From Tolypothrix carrinoi HA7290-LM1 (GTDB taxonomy: Bacteria; Cyanobacteriota; Cyanobacteriia; Cyanobacteriales; Nostocaceae), in NCBI GenBank assembly GCA_019358935.1, contig JAHHIK010000017.1:31656-95655 (forward strand): DNA of 64,000 bases, written 5' to 3'. The notes beneath the pieces were generated by a model, which had not been told where the DNA came from, did no database searches, and was given only the letters and a program-made list of their open reading frames with translations. The first letter of the stretch is position 1; every line of letters begins with the position of its first letter. Position numbers and translations under genes: made by a program. Positions 61,274-64,000 of this stretch are shown here, in pieces.

Positions 61274-61804
61274 ATGTTTATTAACAAAATTCTAGTTGCG
61301 TTAGATCGCTCTGAGTTAAGCAAGCAGGTTTTTGAACAAGCGTTGGCTTTAGCGAAGGTTACACAAGCTAACTTAATGCTGCTACACGTTCTTTCTGCTG
61401 AAGAAGAAGGCAGTCCCTATGTGCCTGTATACTCTGGTTTTGACTACTATTCAGGAGTGCGCGGTCAAACCTTGGAAGTTTACCAAGAGCAATGGAACGC
61501 TTTTAAACGCGAAGGTCTAGAGATGTTACAATCCTTTCGTGCCCAAGCAGACATAGCAGGTGTCACTACTCAATTTACCCAAAATCCTGGCAGTCCTGGT
61601 CGGTGCATTTGTGATGTAAGCCATAATTGGGGTGCTGACTTAATTATTATGGGGCGTCGGGGTCACTCTGGTTTAAAAGAACTATTTCTAGGCAGCGTCA
61701 GTAACTATGTTCTTCACCATGCACCTTGTTCAGTCCATATTGTGCATCTTCCAGTCGTTGCGAAAAAAACTGAAGCACAAAAAACAGAAAGCATCTCAAC
61801 TTGA
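61274..61804 (+). CDS. Universal stress protein
   Basis: KILVALD, LLHV, ADLIIMGRRGHSGL..LFLGSVSNYVLHHAPCSV. Confidence 0.92.
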   Translation: MFINKILVALDRSELSKQVFEQALALAKVTQANLMLLHVLSAEEEGSPYVPVYSGFDYYSGVRGQTLEVYQEQWNAFKREGLEMLQSFRAQADIAGVTTQFTQNPGSPGRCICDVSHNWGADLIIMGRRGHSGLKELFLGSVSNYVLHHAPCSVHIVHLPVVAKKTEAQKTESIST

Positions 61805-61808
61805 TAAG

Positions 61809-61839
61809 AAAAAGGTGTAGCTTTGACTACACCTTTTTC
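61809..61839 (+). terminator. Rho-independent terminator
   Basis: AAAAAGGTGTAG-cttt-gaCTACACCTTTTT. Confidence 0.75.
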
Positions 61840-61949
61840 TAAACGACTTCAGAGGCATGTGGGAATTTACCTTTGTTTCGGCACTAAAAACCAGAAAACC
61901 GCTGCTAGCATCAAAAAGGCACTAGTAACCGGGCGTTGCTAGTTACAAT

Positions 61950-62070
61950 CCGACAGCGATTTTAATCGCTGTCTCATAGATAAAGTCCGTTAAAACGGAC
62001 TAGAAATTTTAATCGCGTTAGTCGGTTTTAACTTTTGCACTATTAGACAGCGATTTTAATCGTTGTCGGG
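61950..62070. repeat. REP-like palindromic composite
   Basis: GACAGCGATTTTAATCGCTGTC at both ends with an internal AGTCCGTTAAAACGGACT hairpin. Confidence 0.7.
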
Positions 62071-62235
62071 TTCGGTCTAAAATCGATGGAATAATAACTC
62101 GCAACTTACGTTAGTATAACCAGTTTTTTGGACTACAAATCCAGCTGGTAAATTACTTAGACCCACACCAATAGCGATCGCCGTATTTAATAAACCTTTA
62201 TGTGAGGCTTTGAGATAAAACACAGAGAATTTTGC

Positions 62236-62967
62236 TTAAAGCCTGAGGCTGGAACAAAGTGCATCCAATTGGCTTAGAGATTTCCAGTAGTTGAGAAGTT
62301 GTTCTGCCACAAGCTGAAAATGAAAGAAGTGAAAAAAGTGCCGTCCTTCCGGACATAACCACAGGCGATCGCTTGGATTCAACCAAGGTCGCCATCCTCG
62401 TAAAGCATCGGGTTCAACAATGATGTCGTCTAAGCTACCACAGACCATTAACGGTACTGGCACTTCGCTGGGAGTCATACTCACCCGTTGAAACAGCGAG
62501 TGAGGTGAGAGTGAGCAATTTAAGTCTTGTTCCAAAATTCTTGTTAGACGCTTAACAGTGCGTTGGTCTTGATAGCCAAACAAATTGTCAACCATTGCAC
62601 TCAGAGTCTTTTGGCGACATAAGAAAGGCAGATGAGTATAATAGTGAGCCTGCCAATCAACCGCAGCATCAACCCCCACAGCTAATAAAGTTAAAGACTT
62701 AACTTTTTCTGGATATCGACGCGCATAAACTAGCCCTAGCAATCCTCCGATGCTATGACCAATCAGATGCACGGGTTGATTGCACGATTTGAGATGCTTA
62801 TGCAGCAGTTCAACTGCCAATAAGATTGAACTAGCTTCATCCTGACTTTGGGAATACTCCCACTCTTGCACTGTCAGTTCACGCGACAAATAACCAAGCA
62901 GCGGCTTGCTAAAGTATTGCAAACTAGGACTTGTATTCAACCAAATAACATCAGGCTGTTTAGTCAT
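62236..62967 (-). CDS. Alpha/beta hydrolase
   Basis: HLIGHSIGGLLG, SLDD, GRHFFH. Confidence 0.85.
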   Translation of the reverse strand: MTKQPDVIWLNTSPSLQYFSKPLLGYLSRELTVQEWEYSQSQDEASSILLAVELLHKHLKSCNQPVHLIGHSIGGLLGLVYARRYPEKVKSLTLLAVGVDAAVDWQAHYYTHLPFLCRQKTLSAMVDNLFGYQDQRTVKRLTRILEQDLNCSLSPHSLFQRVSMTPSEVPVPLMVCGSLDDIIVEPDALRGWRPWLNPSDRLWLCPEGRHFFHFFHFQLVAEQLLNYWKSLSQLDALCSSLRL

Positions 62968-63299
62968 TAAATTTTCCTTGCAAATAAATAATCTATTTAG
63001 CAATTAGTAGAACCGCAAATTTTTTGCTACTAATCGCTAATTGGCACTTTTCGGCTTTTCTTGAGAATCTTCATCAACTAATCTGAAAAATAGCTTACAC
63101 TAAATCTGGATTTAATGAAAATATTTTTCATTAACTATTTTGAAGATGAAAATCAGCGGTTTTATGGTCAATGCAACATTGAGCGATCGTCAACCCTCCC
63201 CAAGCAGATTTCTTTCTAGTTCTTTGGATAGATATAACTTGAAAGTGGCATTATCCTACCATATAAATTGATAATTGTCAGAAATCGATAGCCCAAAGA

Positions 63300-63503
63300 T
63301 GAAGGAAGAGGGGGGGAGTGGGAGAGGGAGGGACAAGGAGACAAGGGCGACAAGGGAGACAAGGACGACAAGGGGGCAGGAGGCACTTTGCATTCTTGAG
63401 TTTGTCTCCTCGTCTTCCTTGTCTCCCTTGTCTCCCTTGTCTCCCCATCCCCCCATCTCCCCATCCCCCCATCCCCCCCTCTCCCCCTCTCCCCTTTCCC
63501 CCT
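63300..63503. repeat. STRR-like GACAAGG / CCTTGTC / CCCCCAT arrays
   Basis: Directly visible in the sequence. Confidence 0.85.
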
Positions 63504-63590
63504 CAACAAAAAGGCGATTTATCAAGCCGATGCTTTTCGGCATCGAAACTTGACAAAATCGCCTTTAATTGCTGCGTCGTGGTATTGATT

Positions 63591-63874
63591 TTAGCTGGTC
63601 AGACCATCAAACACACCCCTCAAAGCGGCAACAGCATCTTGAGTCCGTGCCCAAACACCTTGATCGGGGTCTAAACCTGTGAGTTCTCGTGTTCCCAACA
63701 CTTCGAGGACACCTTTAAGTTGCTCTTGATGAGCGCGATTTTTAAAGTTCACCTGATTCAAGGGACCGATCGCTTCTTTCACGTCGTCACCAACAATTTG
63801 CGCTGCCTTATGGACAATCAAGCCAGTCATCACGGCTTGATGCTTAATCCTTTCGTGGATGGAAACTTTCTGAT
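63591..63874 (-). pseudogene. 3' part of a conserved cyanobacterial ferritin/hemerythrin-associated gene, interrupted by an IS
   Basis: HERIKHQAVMTGLIVHKAAQ...NF.NRAHQEQLKGVLE.LG.RELTG...DQGVWAR.QDAVAAL; the N-terminus is replaced by IS end sequence. Confidence 0.65.
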
Positions 63875-64000
63875 TTGACACTCCCCTGATTGTACAAATT
63901 TCGCTATCGCTCATTTGTACAGAAAATCAGGGGATTCTACATTCTTCCTAGTTACTTGCTCTACTAGGGTTTCCCCAAGTAGAGTAGAGGTCACTAGTCC
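63875..64000 (-). mobile_element. IS200/IS605 (TnpB-type) right end, element extends beyond the window
   Basis: Minus strand reads ...GAATCCCCTGATT...AATCAGGGGAGTGTCAA, the typical hairpin plus TCAA terminus. Confidence 0.75.

Overview
This is chromosomal DNA from a filamentous heterocyst-forming cyanobacterium (Nostocales-like), judged from dense HIP1 GCGATCGC octamers, heptamer STRR tracts and nested small dispersed repeats. Most of the window is metabolic, stress and protease genes: galE, two M28 peptidases, a serine hydrolase, a nitroreductase, mocA/xdhC, an OmpR/sensor kinase pair, HtrA-type proteases, uridine phosphorylase, a second EF-G, two PEP-CTERM proteins, Omp85, coaR/coaT, serC and a USP. 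The most striking locus (31.8-44.6 kb) is a sigma-70-like / DUF1822 / membrane-anchored CHAT (caspase-like) protease / CPBP protease operon. It is preceded by the motif GCAGCA-N16-CGTATA, and eight more copies of that motif, amplified partly as HIP1-bounded units, head a downstream array of shuffled secreted-protein cassettes. Two of those cassettes end in a protein-level-conserved peptide PI[DS]PFYG[ST]GPGGSFYGN. Also notable are an ORF-less HEARO/omega-RNA (IscB-type) miniature element inserted exactly at the coaR start codon, a codon-4 nonsense mutation in the EF-G paralog, catalytically dead ClpP and S1C paralogs, and two deletions whose breakpoints coincide with HIP1. All family assignments are from motif recognition by eye, not database searches.
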